Below are positions 1 to 8,322 of a DNA stretch of 51,118 nucleotides, piece by piece. This DNA comes from an uncultured archaeon. GTDB lineage: Archaea > CAYQAE01. A program made the translations under genes and the position numbers. The notes under the pieces are model-generated. The model saw nothing but the letters and a program-made list of their open reading frames with translations. It was not told the DNA's origin and made no database searches. Location: the NCBI GenBank assembly GCA_964415445.1, contig CAYQAE010000005.1, positions 1-51,118 on the forward strand, in the 5' to 3' direction. Numbering within the stretch: the stretch's first letter is position 1; each line of letters starts with the position of its first letter.

Positions 1-96
1 TAAACTAATAATATCTTTTTGAACTTGAACTAATTCAAATAATTTCCTAATTTTAGATTTAGGTGTATTAACCAATCTAGATGCCAATTTTTTCAT
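1..96 (-). CDS. N-terminal 32 codons of a PLP-dependent (class I/II) aminotransferase-like protein; partial, runs off the window edge
   Basis: Reverse-strand ATG at 96-94 gives MKKLASRLVNTPKSKIRKLFELVQVQKDIISL. This resembles aminotransferase N-termini (S-x-IR ... D-x-IsL). The fragment is very short. Confidence 0.4.
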   Translation of the reverse strand, partial: MKKLASRLVNTPKSKIRKLFELVQVQKDIISL

Positions 97-190
97 TTAA
101 CTACCCTTAAATACCATATCACAAAAAAAAATTCTGAAATAAAAATATAAGTTTTTGCTAAGATCATAATATAATATACAGGTGAAATAG

Positions 191-382
191 ATGGAAGGTG
201 TTGATGTATACATAATAGCTGGTGAAAGTAGAAATAAAGCATTTCAAAATGCTGCAATTGTAGAGCAAGTAGAGAATAATGTAAGATGTGTTACTGCAAC
301 TGGAAGTGAAGGAATTCTCAAAAATTGCTATATTGTAGTTTTAGATCTAACAAAAAATGAAGCTTTAATTCAAAAAATGTAA
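191..382 (+). CDS. hypothetical small protein (63 aa)
   Basis: ORF with ATG preceded by AGGTGA at the right spacing. I recognise no family. Confidence 0.35.
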   Translation: MEGVDVYIIAGESRNKAFQNAAIVEQVENNVRCVTATGSEGILKNCYIVVLDLTKNEALIQKM

Positions 383-386
383 TTTA

Positions 387-671
387 CTAATCATTAGCGC
401 ACCTCTCGGTAGCACAAGAGATTAAAGTTGAAGTAATAGTAACATAAGGAATTATTCTTACATTTTCAGTAATAAAACTATCAAGTGCCTGGAGGTTGGT
501 ACCTTCAACAATGGCAATAACATCGTAAGAGCCCATAATCCCATAAGCTTCGCTTACATTTTTATATCTTTTAAGTTCGTCCACTATAAATTTCTCACGA
601 CCTGCCACACATGAAATTAGAAGTATAGCTTCTACCAATTTAAAACCCCAATTAAATTTAGACAAATACAA
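387..671 (-). CDS. stand-alone Lrp/AsnC ligand-binding (RAM) domain protein
   Basis: VEAILLISCVAGREKFIVDELKRYKNVSEAYGIMGSYDVIAIVEG fits the AsnC_trans_reg pattern (v.v..g....v...l...p.V.e.y.vtG.yD.i..ve). There is no HTH. The real start is probably the TTG at 638 (about 83 aa). Confidence 0.6.
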   Translation of the reverse strand: MYLSKFNWGFKLVEAILLISCVAGREKFIVDELKRYKNVSEAYGIMGSYDVIAIVEGTNLQALDSFITENVRIIPYVTITSTLISCATERCAND

Positions 672-751
672 ATTATTAAACTTTCTATTTCCTTGAAATT
701 TAGAGTATCTTTTTAAATATATGCGATTTTTTTTAGAAAATTAAGATAGCA

Positions 752-1759
752 ATGAAATTATCAAATAGATTAAGGACAACTTTAATTGTTATATCAACTA
801 TATCTATATTATTAGTTATGATATATGTTGTAGGTCCAAGTGAACTTAAAAAAAGTATATTAGCACTATCTCCTGCATGGATTGCTTTGTTCTTTTTGGT
901 ATATTTTTTAGCATATTTGGTGAGATCCTACAGATGGCAAAAATTATTGAATGTAGAACAAAAAGAAATATCATTTTCTACTGCATTTAGAACCCTTCAT
1001 TTAACTTATTTTGTCAACTCTGTTACTCCTGCCAGATTAGGGGAGCTTGCTCGAATTTATGCACTAAAAAAAGAAGAAAAAATTCCATCCGGAAAAAGTA
1101 TTGCCAACATTACCGTAGAACACATTCTTGATTTTATAATAATCCTAACTTATTCTGCAATTTCAATATTATACCTTCTTCATCTAAGAGAAATACCCGA
1201 AAAATCCTATACAGTATTAGGGATTTCTTTTGTATTTATTACGTTATTAATACTCCTTGCGATATTTGTAATTTTTTTTGGAGATAAATTCATATCAAAG
1301 ACAAAAAGAATTTCTGAAAAACTATATCATAAATTAACTGAAGTATATCAACATTTCAAAGAAGGTATGCTTACACTTTCAAAAAAGAAAGCTATCCTAA
1401 CTCAAACTTGTTTATATACATTTATAATATGGTTTTTTGAGATATTAAACATATTTATCGTAGCCAAAGCTATGGGGCTAGATATATCTTTGTGGATATG
1501 TATCTATGCGGGGGCTATTGCTCTGCTAACTTTAGCTGTACCTATATTACCTGGTGGTTTTGGATCCTATGAAGCTGTTTTGTCAAGTCTTTTGGTAATA
1601 TCAGGCATTTCTTTGGATAAAGCATTGACTCTTGCCCTAATAGACCATGGGCTTAGATTAATATATCTACTTTCAATAGGTCCACCATTTATGGTCAAAA
1701 CAGGAATAAATCTAAATAAACTTAAAAAAGAAGAAAAATATCAGATTGAATCTAGCTAA
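752..1759 (+). CDS. UPF0104 / flippase-like (LPG-synthase TM-type) integral membrane protein
   Basis: Polytopic membrane protein. YLVRSYRWQKLL follows the first TM pair and GELARIY is present, both typical of this family. Confidence 0.6.
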   Translation: MKLSNRLRTTLIVISTISILLVMIYVVGPSELKKSILALSPAWIALFFLVYFLAYLVRSYRWQKLLNVEQKEISFSTAFRTLHLTYFVNSVTPARLGELARIYALKKEEKIPSGKSIANITVEHILDFIIILTYSAISILYLLHLREIPEKSYTVLGISFVFITLLILLAIFVIFFGDKFISKTKRISEKLYHKLTEVYQHFKEGMLTLSKKKAILTQTCLYTFIIWFFEILNIFIVAKAMGLDISLWICIYAGAIALLTLAVPILPGGFGSYEAVLSSLLVISGISLDKALTLALIDHGLRLIYLLSIGPPFMVKTGINLNKLKKEEKYQIESS

Positions 1760-1935
1760 CCCCATCCACTTTTATACTTAGGAGGACATTCTATTTTTCC
1801 TATCTCAACCGCATGTTGACAACCCAAACAAAGGTTACAAGGTCTATTTACATATTCACAATTTTCTCCATACTTACATTCCACAGTTTCTGTCAAAAGA
1901 CCACAATGTTCACATTTTTTCTCCAAATGATTCAC
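1756..1935 (-). CDS. small Cys-rich putative zinc-binding protein (56-59 aa), not in the supplied ORF track
   Basis: My translation is VNHLEKKCEHCGLLTETVECKYGENCEYVNRPCNLCLGCQHAVEIGKIECPPKYKSGWG*. It has 8 Cys including CxxC and CxxCxxC. AAGGTG overlaps the GTG at 1935, so the TTG at 1926 is the likelier start. Confidence 0.35.
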   Translation of the reverse strand: MNHLEKKCEHCGLLTETVECKYGENCEYVNRPCNLCLGCQHAVEIGKIECPPKYKSGWG

Positions 1936-1994
1936 CTTAACTTTTATTATTATCTCTACATTTTAAATATTTATAGTATAACCGTAAATTAGAG

Positions 1995-2747
1995 ATGAAT
2001 TTAAAAGATATAGAATCAAAAATAGGTCCAATACCCACAATTGAGAAGTTAATACTAAATACAGATGGATCGGTAACTAAAATTTTAGAATTGTATTTAG
2101 ATCAAAAAATACAGATAAAACACATAAATCAAGACAAAAAAATAGATTTAGATAAAGATGAAATCAAAAGAGAAGTTTTAATTAAAACAGATCGATTTTC
2201 CCTAATTTATGCTAAATCTAAAATTTACAAAAAAAACCTATCTAATACTTTTTTAAAAAAATTAACATCAAAAAATATGCCAATTGGAAAAATTTTATCT
2301 GAAGAGAAAATTGAATCAAGAAGAAAAATAAATGAAATATCCTACAAAGAAAATAATTTGAAAGAGTTTTTCAAAACAGACAATCCACTACTTTATAGAA
2401 ATTATGAGATATTAGCTAATGGAAAAATACTTATATCAATTAGTGAATTTTTTCCATACCTCTCAATTTCAAAAAAAGTAAAGATGCCAAATGAATTAAC
2501 TCAAGCAAGAGAAATATTGGACAAAATTGATCAAGAAATTGTAATTCAGCTTGCAAGAAGAATGAATATTTCAGAGAAAGTAGGTGAAATAAAAAAGTCA
2601 AATAATTACAAAATTGAAGTTATAAATAGAGAAGAAGAAATTTTAGATAGAATAACTCAAATTGAGTCTAAATTAGATCGAAATTTCTTAAAAGAACTAT
2701 TTAATTTAATTTTTTCTGAAAGCAAATTTATCCAATCCAAAGAATGA
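1995..2747 (+). CDS. fusion protein: chorismate-lyase-like (DUF98/UbiC-fold) N-domain plus AroQ-type chorismate mutase C-domain
   Basis: The N-domain has LILNTDGSVTKILE (DUF98/chorismate lyase signature). The C-terminal ~85 aa, ELTQAREILDKIDQEIVIQLARRMNISEKVGEIKK...NREEEILDRI...IFSESKFIQ, fit the CM_2 pattern. Confidence 0.6.
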   Translation: MNLKDIESKIGPIPTIEKLILNTDGSVTKILELYLDQKIQIKHINQDKKIDLDKDEIKREVLIKTDRFSLIYAKSKIYKKNLSNTFLKKLTSKNMPIGKILSEEKIESRRKINEISYKENNLKEFFKTDNPLLYRNYEILANGKILISISEFFPYLSISKKVKMPNELTQAREILDKIDQEIVIQLARRMNISEKVGEIKKSNNYKIEVINREEEILDRITQIESKLDRNFLKELFNLIFSESKFIQSKE

Positions 2748-3319
2748 AAATGCTATATTCTACTTCTCTTTATAATTTCATCAAATATATTACCTCTTTT
2801 GGTAAATACAAAAAAGAAAACAAACTTATTTTAGATGAAATAGATAAAGATGATAAAGTAGTAGATATTGGATCTGGACCTGGTAGTGTCACAAAACATA
2901 TTAATGAAAAAGCTGCCTTTTGTGTCGCTTTAGATAAATCAAAAGGGGCTCTAAAGAAAGCAAAAAAGGAAAAAAAATTAGAAGTAGTCAAAGCTGATGC
3001 ACATAATCTACCTTTTAGATCAAATTTTTTTACAGTAGGCGTATCTTCTGCTTCAATTCATCATTTCAAAGATGTAGAAGAGGTTTTAACTCAACTAAGC
3101 AAAATTGTAAATAAGATAGTAATTTTAGATACCCAAAAACCAAAATCGATTATAGACAAATTTTTCTTGAAATTTTTTGATTTAGGTAGCCATTTTAAAT
3201 CTCCAAAAGAAATTGAGGTATATTTAAAAAAGCACGGCTTTATAGTTACAAAATGTCTCAAAAAAAGAATAGGAATATTTTCAAGATTATTTATTGTCGG
3301 TGAAAAAGATGCCTTATGA
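2744..3319 (+). CDS. class I SAM-dependent methyltransferase
   Basis: Motif I is VVDIGSGPGSV and the post-I/II regions are ALDKS...ADAHNLPF. A 4-nt ATGA overlap with the upstream gene indicates translational coupling. Confidence 0.75.
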   Translation: MKMLYSTSLYNFIKYITSFGKYKKENKLILDEIDKDDKVVDIGSGPGSVTKHINEKAAFCVALDKSKGALKKAKKEKKLEVVKADAHNLPFRSNFFTVGVSSASIHHFKDVEEVLTQLSKIVNKIVILDTQKPKSIIDKFFLKFFDLGSHFKSPKEIEVYLKKHGFIVTKCLKKRIGIFSRLFIVGEKDAL

Positions 3320-3953
3320 CTTCAAAACACTCAGAAACATGTTAAGAAACACTCTAGAAAATGAAGATTTTCCATCATCTCTAAACATCATTGATGAGCT
3401 TAGAAAAGAAATAAAAGAAAAAAGAAATAAAAAAATCAAAAAAAAAATAGAAGAATTTAGAAAAAGCAGAGATGAAAAACTCAAGAAGAAATTAGAAGAA
3501 TACAAAAAGAAATATATCAAAAGATTGGATTTAAAAGAAAAAAAAATTGCAGATGAAGTCGAACAAAAATATAATGAAATCTTAGATGAGATTTTCTCAT
3601 GCGAAATTGCTGCAAAACAAAATGACCCTCACAAGGCATTGGAATGTTTTAAAACTGCTTTTCCAAGATTAAAAGTTGCAATTGAAGATAAAGAACCTAA
3701 AATTGAAGAGAAAGAAGAAGAAAAAGAAGAGATAGTTGAAGCAACTGTAGAAGAAAACTACATCGATGAACTTGCAAGATGTCTAAATTTAAATCGATCT
3801 GATGCAGAAACTTATGCAGGAATGCTTCAGAAAGAATCTCAAAAACACGGGCTAAAAATTGATACAAATACTGCAGCTTATTGTTACCTAGAAACTAGAA
3901 ATTATAATTATAAAGACTGGAAAGAAATATTAAAAAATAAAAAGAGATTATAG
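3309..3953 (+). CDS. Lys/Glu-rich coiled-coil protein, hypothetical
   Basis: The ORF is open from 3294 (TTG), but the ATG at 3309 has GGTGA 6 nt upstream. The sequence is low-complexity K/E-rich with a structured C-terminal part. No family recognised. Confidence 0.45.
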   Translation: MPYDFKTLRNMLRNTLENEDFPSSLNIIDELRKEIKEKRNKKIKKKIEEFRKSRDEKLKKKLEEYKKKYIKRLDLKEKKIADEVEQKYNEILDEIFSCEIAAKQNDPHKALECFKTAFPRLKVAIEDKEPKIEEKEEEKEEIVEATVEENYIDELARCLNLNRSDAETYAGMLQKESQKHGLKIDTNTAAYCYLETRNYNYKDWKEILKNKKRL

Positions 3954-5129
3954 GATATCCAACCCAAAATCTCGCAAAGAAAATGGCCTTTTTTCTTTAA
4001 CTGGAGCCCAAGGATATTTTTGCATAGCCTTTTGCGAATTCATCTTTGAAAAATAACCTGAATTAAAACCACTATCTAAACTAGTATCATAGGAATATTT
4101 TTGTGGAGAAATTGGACCATCTGCTGGACCTTGTATATATGGAGATTTTACACCAGTTATAATTAAAATAACTCGTATATTATCACCCATAGCTTCATCA
4201 ACGCGAGCACCCCAAACTATATTTGCATCTGGTGTCAATTTGTTCCTAATTAAATCACCGATTTTATTAGCCTCAGCTAAACTCATATTTGATCCACCTG
4301 TGACATGTATCAGGGCACCCACTGCACCATCATAATCTACACTCAAAAGTCGCTTCTCCATTGCATCATTAACAGCTTGTGTTGCTTTGTCACCTTCCAT
4401 TGATGTTTCACCAATTCCAACCATTGCAACTCCACCATCTGCCATAACTGCTCTGACATCTGCAAAATCAAGATTAATTAAGCTAGGAAACATTATGGTC
4501 TCAGTAATTCCTTTTACCATCTCAGCCAATATTTGATCTGCTAAAGAAAATGCATAATCTATTGGAAAATCAGGGCATAAATCTAACAATCGATTGTTAT
4601 CTATCACTACTACAGTATCACATGATTGTCTAAATCTCAATAATCCATCTTTTGCTTTCTTAAATCGTGCATCTCCTTCCATAGAAAAAGGCATCGTCAC
4701 AACACCAATAACTAGGGCACCTTCATCTTTTGCAACTTGCGCCAAAATTGGTGCAGCACCTGTTCCAGTTCCACCACCCATACCTGCGGTGATAAATACT
4801 AAATCTGAATCACCTAACAATTCTTTAAATCTGCCTATCTCATGAGTTGCCGCCTCATGACCTATTTCAGGAAATCCACCTGCACCTAATCCTTTTGTTA
4901 GTTCAGATCCAACTAAAAACTTAAGATTAGAATTTACAGTGTCTAAATGTAGTTTATCAGTATTAATAGCAACAGTTTGTGCACCCCTAACACCAACTTT
5001 TGAAAGTCTATTTATTGTATTGCATCCTGCACCACCGCATCCTATCACCATAATCTTTGCCCTGCCAGGTATTCTTCCTGATTTACTATAATCTCCAATA
5101 CCTACAGATTGTCTAATCAAAGAGTTCAT
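3948..5129 (-). CDS. ftsZ: cell division GTPase FtsZ
   Basis: Contains the tubulin signature [10 protein letters not shown], the N-terminal [14 protein letters not shown], a T7-loop region, and a C-terminal peptide ending FGLDIL. Confidence 0.95.
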   Translation of the reverse strand: MNSLIRQSVGIGDYSKSGRIPGRAKIMVIGCGGAGCNTINRLSKVGVRGAQTVAINTDKLHLDTVNSNLKFLVGSELTKGLGAGGFPEIGHEAATHEIGRFKELLGDSDLVFITAGMGGGTGTGAAPILAQVAKDEGALVIGVVTMPFSMEGDARFKKAKDGLLRFRQSCDTVVVIDNNRLLDLCPDFPIDYAFSLADQILAEMVKGITETIMFPSLINLDFADVRAVMADGGVAMVGIGETSMEGDKATQAVNDAMEKRLLSVDYDGAVGALIHVTGGSNMSLAEANKIGDLIRNKLTPDANIVWGARVDEAMGDNIRVILIITGVKSPYIQGPADGPISPQKYSYDTSLDSGFNSGYFSKMNSQKAMQKYPWAPVKEKRPFSLRDFGLDIL

Positions 5130-5136
5130 ACATATC

Positions 5137-5322
5137 TCACCTAAAATTTTTAATTTTGTCAGAAGATTTCAAGGATATAAGCTCCCAAATACCTTCTTTT
5201 ATCAAAAAATCTCTTAAAGCCACCCTAATAACTTCGCTTCTATTAGAATAGATTCCATTTTTAACTAAAAGTTCAATACCTTCAATATATCTCTCTGGTA
5301 TATGTGTTGTAATAAGTTTCAC
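5137..5322 (-). CDS. cdrS: ribbon-helix-helix (CopG-like) DNA-binding protein, CdrS-like, coupled to ftsZ
   Basis: 61 aa. YIEGIELLVKNGIYSNRSEVIRVALRDFL fits the RHH pattern. Its last codon plus stop (AGG TGA) forms the SD 7 nt before the ftsZ ATG. GTG start with AGGTGA upstream. Confidence 0.65.
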   Translation of the reverse strand: MKLITTHIPERYIEGIELLVKNGIYSNRSEVIRVALRDFLIKEGIWELISLKSSDKIKNFR

Positions 5323-5364
5323 AAATTCACCTATTTTTTGAAGATCTATATATCTAGATGTTAC

Positions 5365-5390
5365 TAGTGTAATACCTAAGTATTACACTA
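5365..5390. promoter_or_regulatory. perfect 10-bp inverted repeat TAGTGTAATA-N6-TATTACACTA upstream of the RHH-ftsZ unit; candidate operator
   Basis: Read directly from the sequence. It lies 43-68 nt upstream of the RHH GTG and is flanked by TATA-like AT tracts. No oligo-T tract follows it on the minus strand, so it is unlikely to be a terminator. Confidence 0.35.
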
Positions 5391-5455
5391 ATATTATATA
5401 AATGTTACGTGGATGTTAAAATTTAAAAATAAGTGGGACTTATATTTAAATAAAA

Positions 5456-5959
5456 TTATTTCGATTTAATTTTTTTAGGAATTAAAAATTCATTTGGAAA
5501 AAATTGAAGATTTTCAATCTTCTTTTTTCCAACTAAATTTATCTCTCCTAATATATCTTCTGAAGAACCATAAACATACAATTTTCCTTTTTTATAACTC
5601 AAAAAAAACTGTTCCACTTCAAATTTTTTATTGCCCAAAAATACCGAAAGCATTGCAAGATCTCTAGATTTCTTTTTATATTTTGAATCAAGTATTAATA
5701 ATTTAATATGATCTGTATCTTTATCTGTAACTAATAGATGACATACCCCTAAAACTTTACCAAATGAATCTGCTACCACTATAGTTACATCAAAAAAATA
5801 GATTAAAAATTGAGTAGGTGAATCATTTTCGTCTTCATAAAGTTTCAAATCACCCACTTTTATCATTATTTTCGTTCTAGATAATTTTTGATGATCTATA
5901 TCATGCATTAATTCTTTAGCTTCTTCTATTTTAACTTTTGGATTCATATAGTTTCTCAA
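5456..5959 (-). CDS. hypothetical protein (167 aa)
   Basis: Long ORF with ATG start, upstream of the RHH-ftsZ unit on the same strand. No motif recognised. Confidence 0.4.
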   Translation of the reverse strand: MRNYMNPKVKIEEAKELMHDIDHQKLSRTKIMIKVGDLKLYEDENDSPTQFLIYFFDVTIVVADSFGKVLGVCHLLVTDKDTDHIKLLILDSKYKKKSRDLAMLSVFLGNKKFEVEQFFLSYKKGKLYVYGSSEDILGEINLVGKKKIENLQFFPNEFLIPKKIKSK

Positions 5960-6008
5960 AAAAATAAAAATTAATAATTCTTAAATCTTATGTTTTAAAA
6001 TAAAGAAC

Positions 6009-6503
6009 ATGCAAAAAATCTTAGATCATTATATTATTTTTGAAAGACTAAAAGATACAAAAAAGATTGAATTTCAAAATGTACTTAAAAAATATTCAAA
6101 AGATCCATATATACAATTTTTAGAGGCCAATTCAATAGCAGGCAGAAATCATATCACTCAAGCATTATATATCTCACTTTTGGCTTTCCGAAGAGAAGTA
6201 AATTTTACAAAAAATCTACAACTTGAATTGTTAGTTACATTAAGTCAAAGTAGACAAATAAAAAAAGCAATAAAATTAATGGCACCTAAAAATAATGATA
6301 TAATTTTAGTTGCATTTGGAAAAGAAAAAAATAAAGTAGAAAAAGTATTCAATGAAGTTAGAGAAAAATTAAAGGGTTATAAGGAAGAAATAAAGCCAAA
6401 TAGTAAAAAATTAGAAGAATTATTTTGTATAAAATCCCACCCAATATATTTACATCAAGAATTAATATGTGAAAAAATGGCATTAATTGAGACTCTAAGG
6501 TGA
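6009..6503 (+). CDS. cgi121: KEOPS complex subunit Cgi121
   Basis: ELLVTLSQSRQIKKAIKLMAPKNNDIILV and the C-terminal EKMALIETLR closely parallel archaeal Cgi121 (EILVRASGQRQIHEAIKIIG...; EKIALIELKK, recalled from memory). Confidence 0.75.
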   Translation: MQKILDHYIIFERLKDTKKIEFQNVLKKYSKDPYIQFLEANSIAGRNHITQALYISLLAFRREVNFTKNLQLELLVTLSQSRQIKKAIKLMAPKNNDIILVAFGKEKNKVEKVFNEVREKLKGYKEEIKPNSKKLEELFCIKSHPIYLHQELICEKMALIETLR

Positions 6504-7448
6504 ATAAATCTCCTTAAAATAATTATATGTATTTTTTAAACCTTCTTTTAATGTATATTTAGGATTATAATTAAAATCTTCTTTTGCTTTAGATATATCA
6601 GCTAAACTATGTTTTATATCACCTTTTCGTACTTCTTCATTAATTGGAGATAAATCTTTATTTGAAAAAGAGATAATATTTTCTGCAAGTTCATCTACTG
6701 TTGTTCTTCTGTTGCAGGCAATATTATAAACTTTACCATCTGTATTTTTACTCTCCGCTGCCAAAATATTAGCTTCACAAACATCTGCTACATAAGTAAA
6801 ATCTCTACTTTGTTTTCCATCTCCATATATAATTGGAGCCTTTCCATCCAAGACACGGGATATAAAAGCACAAACTACTGCGGCATATTTTGAATTAGGA
6901 TCTTGCCTAGGTCCAAATACATTAAAATATCTTAAAGTGGTAGTGGATAGACCATATATTTCATGAAATACTCTACAATATTCTTCTGCAGATAACTTTG
7001 ATATAGCATACGGAGATAGAGGTTTAGTTTGCATATCTTCTTTTTTTGGGAGTTTCGGAGTATCTCCATAGACCGAAGATGATGATGCAAACACTATAGA
7101 TTTAATATCACAGTCAAGTGCAGCTTGCAAAAGAGAAACTGTTCCACATACATTGATATCTGTAGTTAATCGAGGATTTTGAATTGATTTGGTAACATTA
7201 GGAAGTGCAGCTTGATGAAAGATATAATCAATGCCCTCTAGATATGTTGACATTTCTTTATAATCCCTAATATCAGCTTTTATAATTTTTAAGTTAGAAA
7301 AAGATGCTAAGTTGTCTTTATGACCAGTTAGAAAATTATCTAAGACTGTCACATTAGCTTCTCTATTTAGAAGTTCCTCAACTAGATTTGAACCAATAAA
7401 TCCAGCTCCACCTGTTACTAATACATTTTTATTTTTCAATATATTCAC
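6495..7448 (-). CDS. NAD-dependent epimerase/dehydratase (extended SDR; UDP-sugar 4-epimerase-like)
   Basis: Contains VLVTGGAGFIGSNL (Rossmann), catalytic YAISK (YxxxK), and SSSSVYG. The GTG at 7448 overlaps AGGTGA, so the TTG at 7439 may be the true start. Confidence 0.85.
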   Translation of the reverse strand: MNILKNKNVLVTGGAGFIGSNLVEELLNREANVTVLDNFLTGHKDNLASFSNLKIIKADIRDYKEMSTYLEGIDYIFHQAALPNVTKSIQNPRLTTDINVCGTVSLLQAALDCDIKSIVFASSSSVYGDTPKLPKKEDMQTKPLSPYAISKLSAEEYCRVFHEIYGLSTTTLRYFNVFGPRQDPNSKYAAVVCAFISRVLDGKAPIIYGDGKQSRDFTYVADVCEANILAAESKNTDGKVYNIACNRRTTVDELAENIISFSNKDLSPINEEVRKGDIKHSLADISKAKEDFNYNPKYTLKEGLKNTYNYFKEIYSP

Positions 7449-7461
7449 CTAATATTACTAG

Positions 7462-7535
7462 CGGGCCCGAGGGGATTTGAACCCCCGACCGATCGGTTAA
7501 GAGCCGATCGCTCCGCCAGACTGAGCTACGGGCCC
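7462..7535 (-). tRNA. tRNA-Lys (anticodon CUU)
   Basis: Hand-folded cloverleaf: acceptor GGGCCCG/CGGGCCC, D stem GCTC/GAGC, anticodon stem ATCGG/CCGAT with loop CTCTTAA, T arm GGGGG-TTCAAAT-CCCCT. No CCA is encoded. Confidence 0.9.
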
Positions 7536-7611
7536 ATCATAATATATACTATAATTAATTACTAGCTATAAGTTCATAAAAAGAATAATTTTATTAACTT
7601 GAATATTTATA

Positions 7612-8229
7612 TTAAATTTCTCTAATTCCTTCAAATGCGTGCTTTAGCAATTTAGGGAAAAGAAGCTTTTTTTCATATTCTTTTATCTCATCTAAGCTAA
7701 AATTATTATTAGAACTATCTATATGTAAATTCAAATCATCTATTTCAAATAATCCTAACTTTTTTTTCAACTTTTCTAAATAAGATTCATCTAACCCAAT
7801 TAAAGGCCTAAATATTGGAAAATCAGAGACCTCATCTTCTATTATGAATCTTTCAATTGAATTTTCTTTTGATAATCTCTCTCCTAAAACTAATGCAAAT
7901 CCACCTAATTTGCGATAAAGCTCATTTTCAATTCTAAATTGTAACCTTCTAAGAATAACGGATATATATTCTTTAGGACATATTTTTTTTACTTCCTCAT
8001 ATGATTTAGAAAAAGGAATAACATGAAGAGATTTTATAGATTCTTTTGCTAAATTTAGCATCTGATTGTAATTTTTAACAACTAAACCATATTTTCTCTT
8101 ATCCACATAAGAAGTATAATCAAAATAAAGGAGACGACAAATAATTCCTTTTTTAGAAACTAAATAGGTAGCTATAAAACTATTTACATCTTCTGAAACA
8201 AAAGAAACTATATCAGTCATCAAAATCAC
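7612..8229 (-). CDS. ThiI-like PP-loop ATPase domain protein with a degenerate PP-loop (no THUMP/NFLD domains)
   Basis: GGFALVLGERLSKENS and PIFRPLIGLDESYLEKLKKKLGLFEI mirror ThiI (alvtGEsLgQvaSQ; PilRPLiGmDK.EI...a..iGtfe). The SGGxDS position reads SEDVNS. Alternative starts are GTG 8229 and ATG 8220. Confidence 0.5.
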   Translation of the reverse strand: MILMTDIVSFVSEDVNSFIATYLVSKKGIICRLLYFDYTSYVDKRKYGLVVKNYNQMLNLAKESIKSLHVIPFSKSYEEVKKICPKEYISVILRRLQFRIENELYRKLGGFALVLGERLSKENSIERFIIEDEVSDFPIFRPLIGLDESYLEKLKKKLGLFEIDDLNLHIDSSNNNFSLDEIKEYEKKLLFPKLLKHAFEGIREI

Positions 8230-8322
8230 ATAAATTAGCTAAAAATTCTTATATATTTAGATATAAGTCTAAATAAAAATAAAACAATTTTTATAAAATT
8301 TTTATTGCCTTAGATAGAAATT

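Noticed and set aside
2770-3520. Minus-strand ORFs 2770-2991 and 3314-3520
   Set aside because: They lie entirely within the methyltransferase and the K/E-rich gene. The Phe/Ser/Leu-rich translations are the complement of AAA/GAA-rich coding sequence.
3400-3560. Repetitive AAA/GAA-rich tract that looks like a tandem repeat
   Set aside because: It is in frame within a Lys/Glu-rich coiled-coil coding region. It has no fixed repeat unit or spacer structure, so it is neither CRISPR nor a satellite.
4594-4845. 83-aa plus-strand ORF inside ftsZ
   Set aside because: It is antisense to the strongly conserved FtsZ frame, and the Pro/Ala/Ile-rich translation mirrors the GGGTGTG codons. It is an antisense shadow ORF.
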